Source: Eledone cirrhosa (lineage: Eukaryota). Taken from it: a stretch of 64,000 nucleotides of DNA. The stretch covers positions 31,000,001 to 31,064,000 of the forward strand of contig OZ024761.1 of the NCBI GenBank assembly GCA_964016885.1, given 5' to 3'. Shown here piece after piece: positions 1-17,430 of the stretch. The translations under genes and the position numbers were made by a program. Each line of letters opens with the position of its first letter. Positions within the stretch are counted from its first letter, which is position 1. The notes beneath the pieces were generated by a model. That model had not been told where the DNA came from and searched no databases. It was given only the letters and a program-made list of their open reading frames with translations.

Positions 1-3000
1 GCTATGTGCTTTTACGATTCTCTAGAGAGGCCGGAAGATAGGTAAATATTGCTGATGAGTTGTAACAACAACGAAACTAGTTCAATATTCCTTGTCTGGC
101 TTTCTGGAGAATAGAGGAAAGGTGTTTCCTCAAAAACCAGTATGACTCTAAAAACCGGTTTGTCTGTGTGTTTACATACGGAATAGCTGGCCACTCACAG
201 TAAAGTGACCAGTGAAAAAAACTTGGTACATCTACATATGTATACGTGTGTGTATTCATATACATACTAGTATTTCAGTATACATATATGGATGTACATC
301 TTTAACTTAATTGTTTAAGCGTCAGTCATACAAAAGTGAGTTACAAACGAAACGAAATTTAATTTCGTTTCGTTATTTGTTTTTATCGTCTCCGTTGAAC
401 CGGTACTTACTCACACTCTATGCAAATTAGTCTGCCCACTACTAATTTTCATAGAAAAAGCATATAACGCTATGTGCTTTTACGATTCTCTAGAGAGGCC
501 GGAAGATAGGTAAATATTGCTGATGAGTTGTAACAACAACGAAACTAGTTCAATATTCCTTGTCTGGCTTTCTGGAGAATAGAGGAAAGGTGTTTCCTCA
601 AAAACCAGTATGACTCTAAAAACCGGTTTGTCTGTGTGTTTACATACGGAATAGCTGGCCACTCACAGTAAAGTGACCAGTGAAAAAAAACTTGGTACAT
701 CTACATATGTATACGTGTGTGTATTCATATACATACTAGTATTTCAGTATACATATATGGATGTACATCTTTAACTTAATTGTTTAAGCGTCAGTCATAC
801 AAAAGTGAGTTACAAACGAAACGAATTTAATTTCGTTTCGTTATTTGTTTTTATCGTCTCCGTTGAACCGGTACTTACTCACACTCTATGCAAATTAGTC
901 TGCCCACTACTAATTTTCATAGAAAAAGCATATAACGCTATGTGCTTTTACGATTCTCTAGAGAGGCCGGAAGATAGGTAAATATTGCTGATGAGTTGTA
1001 ACAACAACGAAACTAGTTCAATATTCCTTGTCTGGCTTTCTGGAGAATAGAGGAAAGGTGTTTCCTCAAAAACCAGTATGACTCTAAAAACCGGTTTGTC
1101 TGTGTGTTTACATACGGAATAGCTGGCCACTCACAGTAAAGTGACCAGTGAAAAAAACTTGGTACATCTACATATGTATACGTGTGTGTATTCATATACA
1201 TACTAGTATTTCAGTATACATATATGGATGTACATCTTTAACTTAATTGTTTAAGCGTCAGTCATACAAAAGTGAGTTACAAACGAAACGAAATTTAATT
1301 TCGTTTCGTTATTTGTTTTTATCGTCTCCGTTGAACCGGTACTTACTCACACTCTATGCAAATTAGTCTGCCCACTACTAATTTTCATAGAAAAAGCATA
1401 TAACGCTATGTGCTTTTACGATTCTCTAGAGAGGCCGGAAGATAGGTAAATATTGCTGATGAGTTGTAACAACAACGAAACTAGTTCAATATTCCTTGTC
1501 TGGCTTTCTGGAGAATAGAGGAAAGGTGTTTCCTCAAAAACCAGTATGACTCTAAAAACCGGTTTGTCTGTGTGTTTACATACGGAATAGCTGGCCACTC
1601 ACAGTAAAGTGACCAGTGAAAAAAACTTGGTACATCTACATATGTATACGTGTGTGTATTCATATACATACTAGTATTTCAGTATACATATATGGATGTA
1701 CATCTTTAACTTAATTGTTTAAGCGTCAGTCATACAAAAGTGAGTTACAAACGAAACGAAATTTAATTTCGTTTCGTTATTTGTTTTTATCGTCTCCGTT
1801 GAACCGGTACTTACTCACACTCTATGCAAATTAGTCTGCCCACTACTAATTTTCATAGAAAAAGCATATAACGCTATGTGCTTTTACGATTCTCTAGAGA
1901 GGCCGGAAGATAGGTAAATATTGCTGATGAGTTGTAACAACAACGAAACTAGTTCAATATTCCTTGTCTGGCTTTCTGGAGAATAGAGGAAAGGTGTTTC
2001 CTCAAAACCAGTATGACTCTAAAAACCGGTTTGTCTGTGTGTTTACATACGGAATAGCTGGCCACTCACAGTAAAGTGACCAGTGAAAAAAACTTGGTAC
2101 ATCTACATATGTATACGTGTGTGTATTCATATACATACTAGTATTTCAGTATACATATATGGATGTACATCTTTAACTTAATTGTTTAAGCGTCAGTCAT
2201 ACAAAAGTGAGTTACAAACGAAACGAAATTTAATTTCGTTTCGTTATTTGTTTTTATCGTCTCCGTTGAACCGGTACTTACTCACACTCTATGCAAATTA
2301 GTCTGCCCACTACTAATTTTCATAGAAAAAGCATATAACGCTATGTGCTTTTACGATTCTCTAGAGAGGCCGGAAGATAGGTAAATATTGCTGATGAGTT
2401 GTAACAACAACGAAACTAGTTCAATATTCCTTGTCTGGCTTTCTGGAGAATAGAGGAAAGGTGTTTCCTCAAAAACCAGTATGACTCTAAAAACCGGTTT
2501 GTCTGTGTGTTTACATACGGAATAGCTGGCCACTCACAGTAAAGTGACCAGTGAAAAAAACTTGGTACATCTACATATGTATACGTGTGTGTATTCATAT
2601 ACATACTAGTATTTCAGTATACATATATGGATGTACATCTTTAACTTAATTGTTTAAGCGTCAGTCATACAAAAGTGAGTTACAAACGAAACGAAATTTA
2701 ATTTCGTTTCGTTATTTGTTTTTATCGTCTCCGTTGAACCGGTACTTACTCACACTCTATGCAAATTAGTCTGCCCACTACTAATTTTCATAGAAAAAGC
2801 ATATAACGCTATGTGCTTTTACGATTCTCTAGAGAGGCCGGAAGATAGGTAAATATTGCTGATGAGTTGTAACAACAACGAAACTAGTTCAATATTCCTT
2901 GTCTGGCTTTCTGGAGAATAGAGGAAAGGTGTTTCCTCAAAAACCAGTATGACTCTAAAAACCGGTTTGTCTGTGTGTTTACATACGGAATAGCTGGCCA

Positions 3001-3658
3001 CTCACAGTAAAGTGACCAGTGAAAAAAACTTGGTACATCTACATATGTATACGTGTGTGTATTCATATACATACTAGTATTTCAGTATACATATATGGAT
3101 GTACATCTTTAACTTAATTGTTTAAGCGTCAGTCATACAAAAGTGAGTTACAAACGAAACGAAATTTAATTTCGTTTCGTTATTTGTTTTTATCGTCTCC
3201 GTTGAACCGGTACTTACTCACACTCTATGCAAATTAGTCTGCCCACTACTAATTTTCATAGAAAAAGCATATAACGCTATGTGCTTTTACGATTCTCTAG
3301 AGAGGCCGGAAGATAGGTAAATATTGCTGATGAGTTGTAACAACAACGAAACTAGTTCAATATTCCTTGTCTGGCTTTCTGGAGAATAGAGGAAAGGTGT
3401 TTCCTCAAAAACCAGTATGACTCTAAAAACCGGTTTGTCTGTGTGTTTACATACGGAATAGCTGGCCACTCACAGTAAAGTGACCAGTGAAAAAAACTTG
3501 GTACATCTACATATGTATACGTGTGTGTATTCATATACATACTAGTATTTCAGTATACATATATGGATGTACATCTTTAACTTAATTGTTTAAGCGTCAG
3601 TCATACAAAAGTGAGTTACAAACGAAACGAAATTTAATTTCGTTTCGTTATTTGTTTT

Positions 3659-3660
<2 letters not shown>
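1..3660 (+). repeat. 468-bp tandem satellite, about 7.8 near-identical units, open at the left window edge; hammerhead-containing (retrozyme/PLE pLTR-like)
   Basis: Unit start GCTATGTGCTTTTACG recurs at 1, 469, 937, 1405, 1873, 2340, 2808 and 3276. The differences seen are single-base homopolymer indels. The last unit is cut at about unit position 385, where (TA)n begins. Confidence 0.97.
45..89 (+). ncRNA. Minimal type I hammerhead ribozyme, one per satellite unit (cores at 52, 520, 988, 1456, 1924, 2391, 2859, 3327)
   Basis: Stem I AATATTG(45-51)/CAATATT(83-89); core CTGATGA(52-58); stem II GTTGT-AACA-ACAAC; GAAA(73-76); palindromic mini stem III AACTAGTT; predicted cleavage after GUU at 82. 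Confidence 0.88.
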
Positions 3661-8770
<5,110 letters not shown>

Positions 8771-8807
8771 TATATAATATATATATATATATGTATATAT
8801 ATATATG

Positions 8808-8958
<151 letters not shown>

Positions 8959-8964
8959 CTCTAT

Positions 8965-9217
8965 CTAAGGCGGGTAAAATTCCCGAGATCCATGGACGAG
9001 TTCTCTCCAGCGGTCTTTGTCCCCCATTATCGCTGCCATATCCTGCATCTCCAACAGACCAGTGTCTGTCCTTAGGGCATCAACATATGTTAACCTTGGT
9101 CTTCCTCTTCTAGTGTGTCCTTGTAGGGGCTCCCAAAGGAGCACTGAGTGCAATGTCAACTCTGGATGTCGGTGAGCATGTCCAGCCAACCTCAGTCTCC
9201 TCTGTGTCACTTTTGAC

Positions 9218-9220
<3 letters not shown>
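8965..9220 (-). mobile_element. 3' fragment of a second RTE-like LINE family
   Basis: RRLRLAGHAHRH...LLWEP...[11 protein letters not shown]...DRWR C-terminal motif, between TA tracts. Confidence 0.8.
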
Positions 9221-9266
<46 letters not shown>

Positions 9267-9438
9267 CATATATCATTGTTTATATGTCCATTTTTCCAGG
9301 CACACGTGGGTCAGACTGGCCCTTTTCAGCACAGCATCTCTCTGACGCATTCCTTTGTCATCTCCTCTGTGAGTCTCTGTGATTTGAGATCAGCTTACTC
9401 CGCCTCTGCCCAGGTCTTCCTTGGTCTACCTCTACTAA

Positions 9439-9501
<63 letters not shown>

Positions 9502-9540
9502 AATTAGAATTGGAGCTCTGAAATAGCAATATATATATGG

Positions 9541-9769
9541 ATGTATATATAATGTATTTTGCAATACACTTTATGCTTAATTAAAAGCATTTTGAAGACC
9601 GTAAGCTATTGTTTTAAAGTAGTGACAAATTCACTCACTTTGATCTCAGCAAATTTTTTGCTGAGATCAAAGTGAGTGAATTTGTCACTACTTTAAAACA
9701 ATAGCTTACGGTCTTCAAAATGCTTTTAATTAAGCATAAAGTGTATTGCAAAATACATTATATATACAT
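9541..9769. repeat. Near-perfect palindrome with about 113-bp arms in TA context
   Basis: Centre CTCAGCAAA-TTT-TTTGCTGAG at about 9655. Arms are reverse-complementary out to ATGTATATATAATG / CATTATATATACAT. Confidence 0.93.
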
Positions 9770-10207
9770 ATATATATATATAACAATATTAATGAAGATC
9801 GCTGGTATAAATACAGCGTCCATCGGCCAGCGCTTAACTCACTCATCAAATCTAGTGAATTGCAGTTATGCAGCTGTAATCACCTGTTGAGAGTGCACAC
9901 ACTTATAAAAAAATGATGAGTTGTAGTGCACCTGAGCACTGTACACAATAATTTCATCATTATTATTATTATTATTATTAAATCAGGATGAATTCAGTTT
10001 TAAACTAGTGAGACCATTACTCAACAGAGTACTTCATATTTGGAGTGTATATATATAAATATGGTTTAGAATAGGGGTACTGTATCCTTGCATGCCATGA
10101 TAAGTGATTAAAAGGGTTAGTATCAGGAAGGATATTTGGCTGTAAAACATTGCTTCAAAAAGTCATGTCCAACCCATGCTAGCATGGAACAGGTAGCATA
10201 AAAGTGG

Positions 10208-10247
<40 letters not shown>

Positions 10248-10306
10248 AAGGAGGGCATCAAATTGCAAGATTATGTAAAGCTGAATAATATTGAAACAAT
10301 TCTCAC

Positions 10307-10360
10307 CTGATGTAAGGTAGGAAGGCATCTACATCACCATTATGAACAGCAATAATATAC
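10307..10360 (-). CDS. Possible 54-nt orphan exon (YIIAVHNGDVDAFLPYIR)
   Basis: Minus strand has a TATTACAG acceptor, an open frame and a CAG|GTGAGA donor in non-repetitive sequence. Confidence 0.3.
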
Positions 10361-10524
10361 CTGTAATATATATGAGATAACACTAAACATCCATCCATGG
10401 TCCCAAAATTCCTGACAGTCATAGTGGTGCTGTATTGGCATACAGCATTTTTAGAGAATATATTATAAACAATTATTCTGTACACTCCTGTAAAGTGATT
10501 AGTGATAGGAAGGGCATTACAATC

Positions 10525-10738
10525 TTAACCCTTTAGCATTTAAACCGGCCATATCCGGCCGAAATTCTCTCACCTCTTTCTGTTCAAACCAGCTGTAACT
10601 GGTTTCTCATACTGATATTAAGGTATTATTCTCAAAATAAATAATATCAAAATCTCATAGATTCGGTATGTGAGATAAATCCTTTACCGTGAAAATATAA
10701 TAGTAAAATATAGAGTAATGTAAATGTTAAAGGGTTAA
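10525..10738. mobile_element. piggyBac-like MITE (TTAA-CCCTTTAGCATTTA termini); other copies or pieces at about 12122, 15420-15630/16250-16322, 19262-19488, 40450-40796, 44899-45120, 61565-61792
   Basis: TTAA|CCCTTTAGCATTTA ... TAAATGTTAAAGGG|TTAA inverted termini with a TTAA target site. Internal sequence is shared among copies. Confidence 0.8.
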
Positions 10739-10919
10739 GAAAGAAAACAATTTTTAAAAAAATGCATTAAAAACTTACGATAAGAGAAACGATGCAAAAA
10801 TCCAGATAGCGGTAACCACAGGAAATAACCACAGCATACCTGACCTTCGTTGTGGCTGCCATATAAGGAAGTAAATAAATAGAAAGAACTTCTATTAAAA
10901 TGAGAACCTTTTTCAAATA

Positions 10920-11220
10920 TTTGACAAATATTAAAATGATATTCGATCAATATTAAAATATTAGAATGATATTGGACAGATATTAAAATGATATTCGACT
11001 GATATTAAAATGATATTGGACAGATATTAAAATATTGGACACGTATTAAAATGATATTCGACTGATATTAAAATGGCATTAGACTGATATTAAAAGGATA
11101 TTCAACTGATATTAAAATGATATTGGACAGATATTAAAATATTGGACACATTAAAATGATATTCGACTGATATTAAAATGGCATTAGACTGATATTAAAA
11201 GGATATTGGACCAATATTTG
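10920..11220. repeat. About 20-22-bp minisatellite (GATATTAAAATGATATTCGACT variants)
   Basis: Repeated GATATTAAAATGATATT(C/G)GAC units. Confidence 0.85.
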
Positions 11221-11289
11221 ACTTAAGATTGTAAAGAAACATGCAAGAAAGTAGTGTAGATATGGTATGTAGGGTGTGATGTGGTGTCG

Positions 11290-11820
11290 TGTAGTGTAGA
11301 TTAACATGAAGGGTGGTGTGGTGTAGTCTAGATATAATGTGTAAGGTGGTGTAGAGTAGTGTAGATATAGCATGTAGTGGGGTGTGGCGTGGTATAGATA
11401 AAACATGTAGGGTGGTGGTGTGTAGTGTAGATGTAACATGTAGGGTGGTGGTGTGTGGTGAAGATATAACATGTAGGGTGGTGGTGTGTAGTGTAGATAC
11501 AACATGTAGGGTGGTGGTGTGGTATAGTGTAGATATAACATGTAGGGTGGTGGTGTGCAGTGTAGATATAACATGTAGGGTGGTGGTGTGGCGTAGTGTA
11601 GATACATGTAGGGCGGTGTGTAGTGTAGATATAACATGTAGGGTGGTGGTGTGTAGTGTAGATATAACATGTAGGGTGGCGGTGTGTAGTGTAGATATAA
11701 CATGTAGGGTGGCGGTGTGTAGTGTAGATATAACATGTAGGGTGGCGGTGTGTAGTGTAGATATAACATGTAGGGTGGTGGTGTGTAGTGTAGATATAAC
11801 ATGTAGGGTGGTGGTGTGGT
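11290..11820. repeat. 33-bp minisatellite (GTAGTGTAGATATAACATGTAGGGTGGTGGTGT)
   Basis: Tandem units. They produce the MLYLHYTPPPY-type repeat ORFs in several frames. Confidence 0.92.
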
Positions 11821-12078
11821 GATTCTTTCTCTATACTTTTTTCTTGATTATAATGCAACTAGGGCCTCAGGGATTCTTGCCTAGAGAATATCAGGGAGCT
11901 AAAATGAAAAACCACAAAGCTTTCTATCTAACGATTCTGCCACCACCACCACCATAGATTCAATAAAGTAAGCAGCAAGAACAATAAGATTAAGTAAAAC
12001 ACTTCAAGGTAGTGCTCCAGCATGGCAGCAGTCTAAATTTGAAAATCAATAGAAGAATAAAATAAAAGTAAAGGAATG

Positions 12079-12109
<31 letters not shown>

Positions 12110-12164
12110 CTGCACACATGTTTAACCCTTTAGCATTTAAACTGGCCATATCCAGCCAGAACTC

Positions 12165-13290
12165 TTTCTGGGTCTACCTACTCTGTAACTTCCGTCAATT
12201 TTGATCGCCCTGCACTTTTTTATACAGCTATCGTCTTTCATGCGCATCATGTGACCACACCAATGTAATCTTCTCTCAAGTAAACAGCATCTGATCCCTC
12301 TTATTCCTAATTTCTCATTTAGTTCATTTATGTTTTGCCGTTTGCGTATATTACTATTACATATCCAACGGAGCATGCATGTTCCTTTCCAGTCTGTGCA
12401 GTTCCTCTGCACACAATGCCTATGTCTCACTGCCATGCAACATCGCTGTTCATATACAGGCATCATACAATCTGCCTTTCATTTTTAGAGAGAAACCTTT
12501 TGTAGCCAACAACGGTATAAGCTCTCTGAACTTATTCCATCCCGTTCTGACTCTGGCTACTGTACTTTCAGAGCACCCTCCACCACTGCTGATTTTGTCA
12601 TCCAGGTAACGGAAAATGTCCACTATTTCTATAGAACCATCTGGGCAATGGAAGGAGCTAGTATCCTGTGGGCACTTGCTACTTATTGCACCTGAGCATC
12701 GGCCACATATATAATCTACGTTCTTAGATAGCTTACCTGTGATCCCACTACATCTTTTATGTACCCATAGTTTGCATTTGGGACATAAAATGGAATTTCT
12801 AACTACTCCTTTCCTACACACTGAGCATGGCCATTTCCCAGAGGGCACCTGTGCCCTATTTTCCTTTCTACATACTAGAACTTTAGTCTTAGACAAGTTA
12901 ACTTTAAGGCCTTTTGATTCTAGGCCATGTTTCCATGTTTAGAATTTCTTCTCTAGTTCAGCCATAGATTCAGCTATGAGAGTTAGATCATCAGCATATA
13001 GAAGTTCCCATGAGCAACCGGTCTTAAACTCCTCTGTTATAGCCTGAAGGGCAATAATAAATAGGAGGAGCTAAGGACAGAGCTCTGATGAACACCAACT
13101 TTTACGCTAAATTCTTCACTATATTCATTGTTAATTCTAACCTTGCTGACTGTTTCTTTATACATGGCTTGTTAGCTCTCACAAGCCATTCATCTACACC
13201 TAGTTTTCTAAGAGCCCACCAGATAATGGAGCAGGGACTCTGTCAAAGGCTTTCTCCAAGTCAACAAAAGCTAAGTAGAGGGGTTTACAT
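12165..13290 (-). pseudogene. Decayed RTE LINE copy related to 7014-8375
   Basis: Frameshifted pieces [26 protein letters not shown]...WPCSVC, FRYL, ERRLHWCGH. Confidence 0.92.
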
Positions 13291-13528
13291 GTAAATGTTA
13301 AAGGTTTATATCTACATATACACATACTTTTTTTTTTATCAATCCCAAAAGGATGTAAGGCAAAGTTGACTTTGGCAGGATTTGAACTCAGATCACAGAG
13401 AGCTACAACAAATAAAAAACACAGCAAAGCATTCTATCTGACCTTTTAGCGACCCTGCAAATTCTCTGCCTTACAAAATTAATATTTATGGAATAAATTT
13501 TACAGAAATAATGTAAGAACATTCTCAC

Positions 13529-13690
13529 CATGTTTGGCTCTTTGTGTGATAGAGTTACAAAAAATATCTTGATTTCTTCTAAGAATTCCAGATGGTTTTG
13601 ATGTAGTGTATACTTCTTTAAATCTAGTAATTCATGCTCGAGAAATGACTGATAAAATACTTGTATAAGGTATTTTGGACAAGTTGGTAG
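13529..13690 (-). CDS. Possible 162-nt orphan internal exon (LPTCPKYLIQVFYQSFLEHELLDLKKYTLHQNHLEFLEEIKIFFVTLSHKEPNM)
   Basis: TGTAG acceptor, 54 open codons and an ATG|GTGAGA donor in unique sequence. Product not recognised. Confidence 0.45.
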
Positions 13691-14088
13691 CTACATATAT
13701 ATATATATATATATATATCGTTGAAGTGAGACTCCAGAGTAACAAGGCCCATGACTTTGCGATTAATAAATATTTAAACTCTATTTTGGTGTTAAGTACT
13801 TTTTCTCATGTCCATCAATAATCAATAATACACGTGTGCGCGCGTTTTACTGTTAATGGTATGCTAAATTTTGTTTACTATTAATCACTATAACAGCAGA
13901 CAATCTTATTCACTCAAATATGTGTGTGAGTGTTATATATATATATATATATATGTAGATAAATCTACCAAGAGTTTACGGTAGTGTCCAATCCGTATGA
14001 AGAACTCAATGTAGTCCGGATATCATGGAAAGAAGAGATGCAATGAAAAATCACCTTCGGTGAAAGATAAACGGAATACAGAGTCAAG

Positions 14089-14508
14089 ATAAAATATTAA
14101 AAAAATAATGAATAAAACAATGAAACAGTTCCTTATATTAAACAAAAAAAGTTCATTATTTAACGATCGTTTCTAGGATATATATGTGTTAGAATTGGCA
14201 TGCATATTCAACAGATCTATGTACAAAATTATACAAAATTATACAAACTATCAAGATTAAATATACATACCAAACACACATATATGCCGTCTTCAGAAAT
14301 AAATTATTTCTGAAGACGGCATATATGTGTGTTTGGTATGTATATTTAATCTTGATAGTTTGTATAATTTTGTATAATTTTGTACATAGATCTGTTGAAT
14401 ATGCATGCCAATTCTAACACATATATATCCTAGAAACGATCGTTAAATAATGAACTTTTTTTGTTTAATATAAGGAACTGTTTCATTGTTTTATTCATTA
14501 TTTTTTTA

Positions 14509-14517
<9 letters not shown>
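14089..14517. repeat. Perfect palindrome with about 214-bp arms and a hammerhead motif on each strand
   Basis: Centre at 14303. Plus strand: ATTATTT-CTGAAGA(14310-14316)-long stem II-GAAA(14433)C-GATC-GTT-AAATAAT. Confidence 0.92.
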
Positions 14518-14557
<40 letters not shown>

Positions 14558-14726
14558 TAGTTAAACAAGATTCAATGAGTATGTCACAGAATGAGTTTTA
14601 CAGTAGATTGGAAGCACTCTACAGAAAAATAATTTTCCAGAGTTATTAATATTAATATATAAATATTGATTAAATACCTTGATTAAATCTTAACCATTTA
14701 ACATCTCAGGGTATGTTATGTATCAT

Positions 14727-14779
14727 ATTTTGTCCGATGAGGATGTACTGTTGTACATTCGAAATATGTATAATAAAAT
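14727..14779 (+). ncRNA. Decayed type I hammerhead (core CCGATGA), same family as 55394-55452
   Basis: ATTTTGT-CCGATGA-GGATGTAC/GTACATTC-GAAA-TATGTATA-ATAAAAT. Confidence 0.6.
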
Positions 14780-14824
14780 GTAATTGATCAAAAGAACATC
14801 TATTTTATTAATATTTATATATTA

Positions 14825-14864
<40 letters not shown>

Positions 14865-15965
14865 CACAATAGGTGGATTGTTAATTATTATATTAACTAG
14901 TTTTCTGTTGTTTAGTTTAAAGTTAGATTTTATCCCAGGTTACTGTTATATAGAGTATCAGTGGTAAAAATCCACATATATTTCGATCAGTTTAGTTCTA
15001 AAAATGTATAAAGTGAATCTAAGGAGGCAGGAATTTAAAATAAAATAAAACAACCACATGAAAATACTGCAGCAGTGCAGAGAGATGTGAAATAAACAAA
15101 AAAAAACTTCATAATTATACTACTAACAATCCCATTTTTACAATAATTATCTTTTTTACATAGGTTATTGACTTTAGAAATTAGATCCATTTTATTTATT
15201 TATTTATATATTTTGTATCAAGTAAAAAAAATAAATTTTAAGCACTATATCCTGTACATATGTCAAACTACTGGTTCTATATACGATTCTGGAAATTTTT
15301 ATATTTTGATACTTTTGATCTAAAACTACAGCTGGTTCTGGTTCTAAGAAACAGAGAAACACACGACTTCCGAAAGAAACAGAGACCCGCATCACTGCAG
15401 CTCATGCATCTCTACTTTAGCATTTAAACCGGCTATATCCAGCCAGAATTCTCTCACCTCTTTCTGTTCAAACTGGTCATAACTGGCCTCTCATACAGAC
15501 TTTAACCCTTTAGCATTTAAACCGGCCGTATCTGTTCAAAATGGCTGTAACTAGCTACTCAAATTTATGTTAAGGTATTGTTCTCAAAATAAATAATATA
15601 AAAATCTTATAGATTCAATATTATGTGAGACTAGCAGAAAAACCACCCTTTGAGTGGTTTTCTGCTAGCATGTGTAGTGTGTATATTGATATTATACGCA
15701 AGTATATATGCATATAGATATGATACATCAAATAAAATCCTAATTGACAATATACACAGACATTGAACGAAGACTGTGTTACACTCTCTTATGTAATCAG
15801 TAACGTAATCCATGATACATTAAAAAAAGACGATATTATATATAAACTGCATTAGGAAGTGTTGACATTTGAAAATTTTAAAGAAGTGAATCTTTAAATA
15901 AGTAATAAAATATATTTAATGAACAGCCACGAAATTCAGTAGATAAATTATGTAATATTCATTCA

Positions 15966-16155
15966 TTGGTGGATTGGCAGTATCAGTAGAGGGTCGGACA
16001 CTATGCTTTGACGCATAGAGTTACGCCCCTTGCCATTCTGAGTTCAAATCGTGCCAAGGTTAACTTTGCCTTTCATCCTTACGGGGTCGATAAAATAAAG
16101 TACCAGTAATGTACTGGGTAATTGCTGGCCTTGTGCCAAAAGTAGAAACAATTAT
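15966..16155 (+). mobile_element. tRNA-derived SINE; related copies at about 13330-13470(-), 18370-18470(-), 20148-20295(+), 25990-26155(-), 27650-28140(-), 49140-49320(-)
   Basis: A-box-like TGGCAGTATCAG and B-box GAGTTCAAATC, then the shared body AACTTTGCCTTTCATCC..GGGGTCGATAAAATAAAGTACCAG. Confidence 0.75.
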
Positions 16156-16329
16156 TTATTCAAAGTAATCCAACTTATTTTACTAATGGGATAAAAAAAT
16201 TATAAACAGTACACAGTCCCGTGCTCCTTACTTTATTATAGTTTAGATAATTATGTGAGGTAAAGCCTTTACCATGAAAATAGATTAGTAAATATAAAGT
16301 AATGTAAATACTAAGGGGTTAATAGAGTA

Positions 16330-16620
16330 TGTATAAGGCTAAGCATCTCTTGGTCGAGTTTAAAAGCAGTGTCACCCAGGCTGAGGAGGGTAAACTGTCC
16401 AAGTATCAGCCTCTCACAGATAGTTTTGTGGTAGAGCCTGTAGCTGTGGAGACTTTTGGCATTCTTGGCCCCCAGAGCACATCTCTACTCACTGCTATTG
16501 GAGCAGAATTGGCTGCCTGCAAGTGTGAGCCCCACAAGAGGGAGTGGCTATTTCAGCATGTCTCCCTCACTATCCTCTGGGGCAATGCATTCTCCATCCT
16601 TTTGGCCAGGACAAGTTAGT
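16330..16620 (+). mobile_element. 3' fragment of CRE-like (RLE) non-LTR retrotransposon; another at about 18190-18315(-)
   Basis: KLSKY...FVVEPVAVETFGILG...WLFQHVSLTILWGNAFSIL matches the C-terminus of the 42860-44395 element. Confidence 0.8.
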
Positions 16621-16640
16621 TAGAGGTGGAAGATATATAC

Positions 16641-16998
16641 CAGGGGTGTGCAACAGGCAACCTGCAGGCCACAATCTGGCCTGCCAGACCAGTCAGAGTG
16701 GCCCGCGATGACTGTTTTTAATTTTTACCTTGTAGGCTTATTTAGAATTTTTTTTGTAACCGTAATACAATTTTCTGTTAGTTGACCTATACTAAAGGGC
16801 TTCACTAATAGGGTTATGTGTACTATAATTTCCCAGTTCCATGTTATTTGTCTTTATTGTTTAAAAATGTATTCACAATGTATTTATGACTCAATTCACT
16901 GGTTTTCATTAGATTACATATTTTTGACAGTGACTGGCCCTAAGAGTTGTTCCAATGTTCAAAAGTGGCCAGCCAATGGAATATGTTGCACACCCTTG
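16641..16998. mobile_element. hAT-type MITE
   Basis: TIRs CAGGGGTGTGCAAC / GTTGCACACCCTTG, with imperfect 8-bp flanks ATATATAC / ATATAGAG. Confidence 0.7.
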
Positions 16999-17189
16999 AT
17001 ATAGAGGATACTTAAAATGTAGAGATTCAACAACAGAAACTTACACTCCATTTCTATACTGATAAACTGAAGAATATTAATCAGTTAATTCTTGTGATAT
17101 CAAACTGGTTAAAACCAACTTTGGTTCTATGAAGCCAAACCATCTAATTTATAAAAAGTTCTTATTTAATAAATTTGAATCATATCTTT

Positions 17190-17430
17190 CAATATGTCCC
17201 AGGAAAGAATCATAGGACAGATTTTATGGGGAAAAACCAACCAGCAGCAGACCCAGGGGTAGACCTTGAGCAAGATGGTTGGATAACATCCATGAGCTCA
17301 GCTGCTCTTGCTTGGGGATCTAGTCAGATCAATTGGAGATGGTTGCTTCTGACAGGACCCGTTGGAAGGAGTGTTTGAGGACTCTGCCTCCATGAAACCT
17401 CCCAGGAATAAGTGAGCGAAGAAGAAAAAG
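17190..17430 (+). mobile_element. LINE (RTE-like) 3' end relic; similar copy at about 40840-41080
   Basis: Shared sequence with a GRP..RWLDNI-like coding remnant, ending in CAGGAATAAGTG..(GAA)n. Confidence 0.6.

Noticed and set aside
12-3540. Repeated 60-62-aa minus-strand ORFs in the satellite
   Set aside because: Short, with no recognisable domain, and broken by single-base indels in some units. The conserved signal is the plus-strand RNA fold.
11173-11858. Extensin-like YTPPPY protein
   Set aside because: A 33-bp minisatellite open in several frames on both strands, with no gene context.
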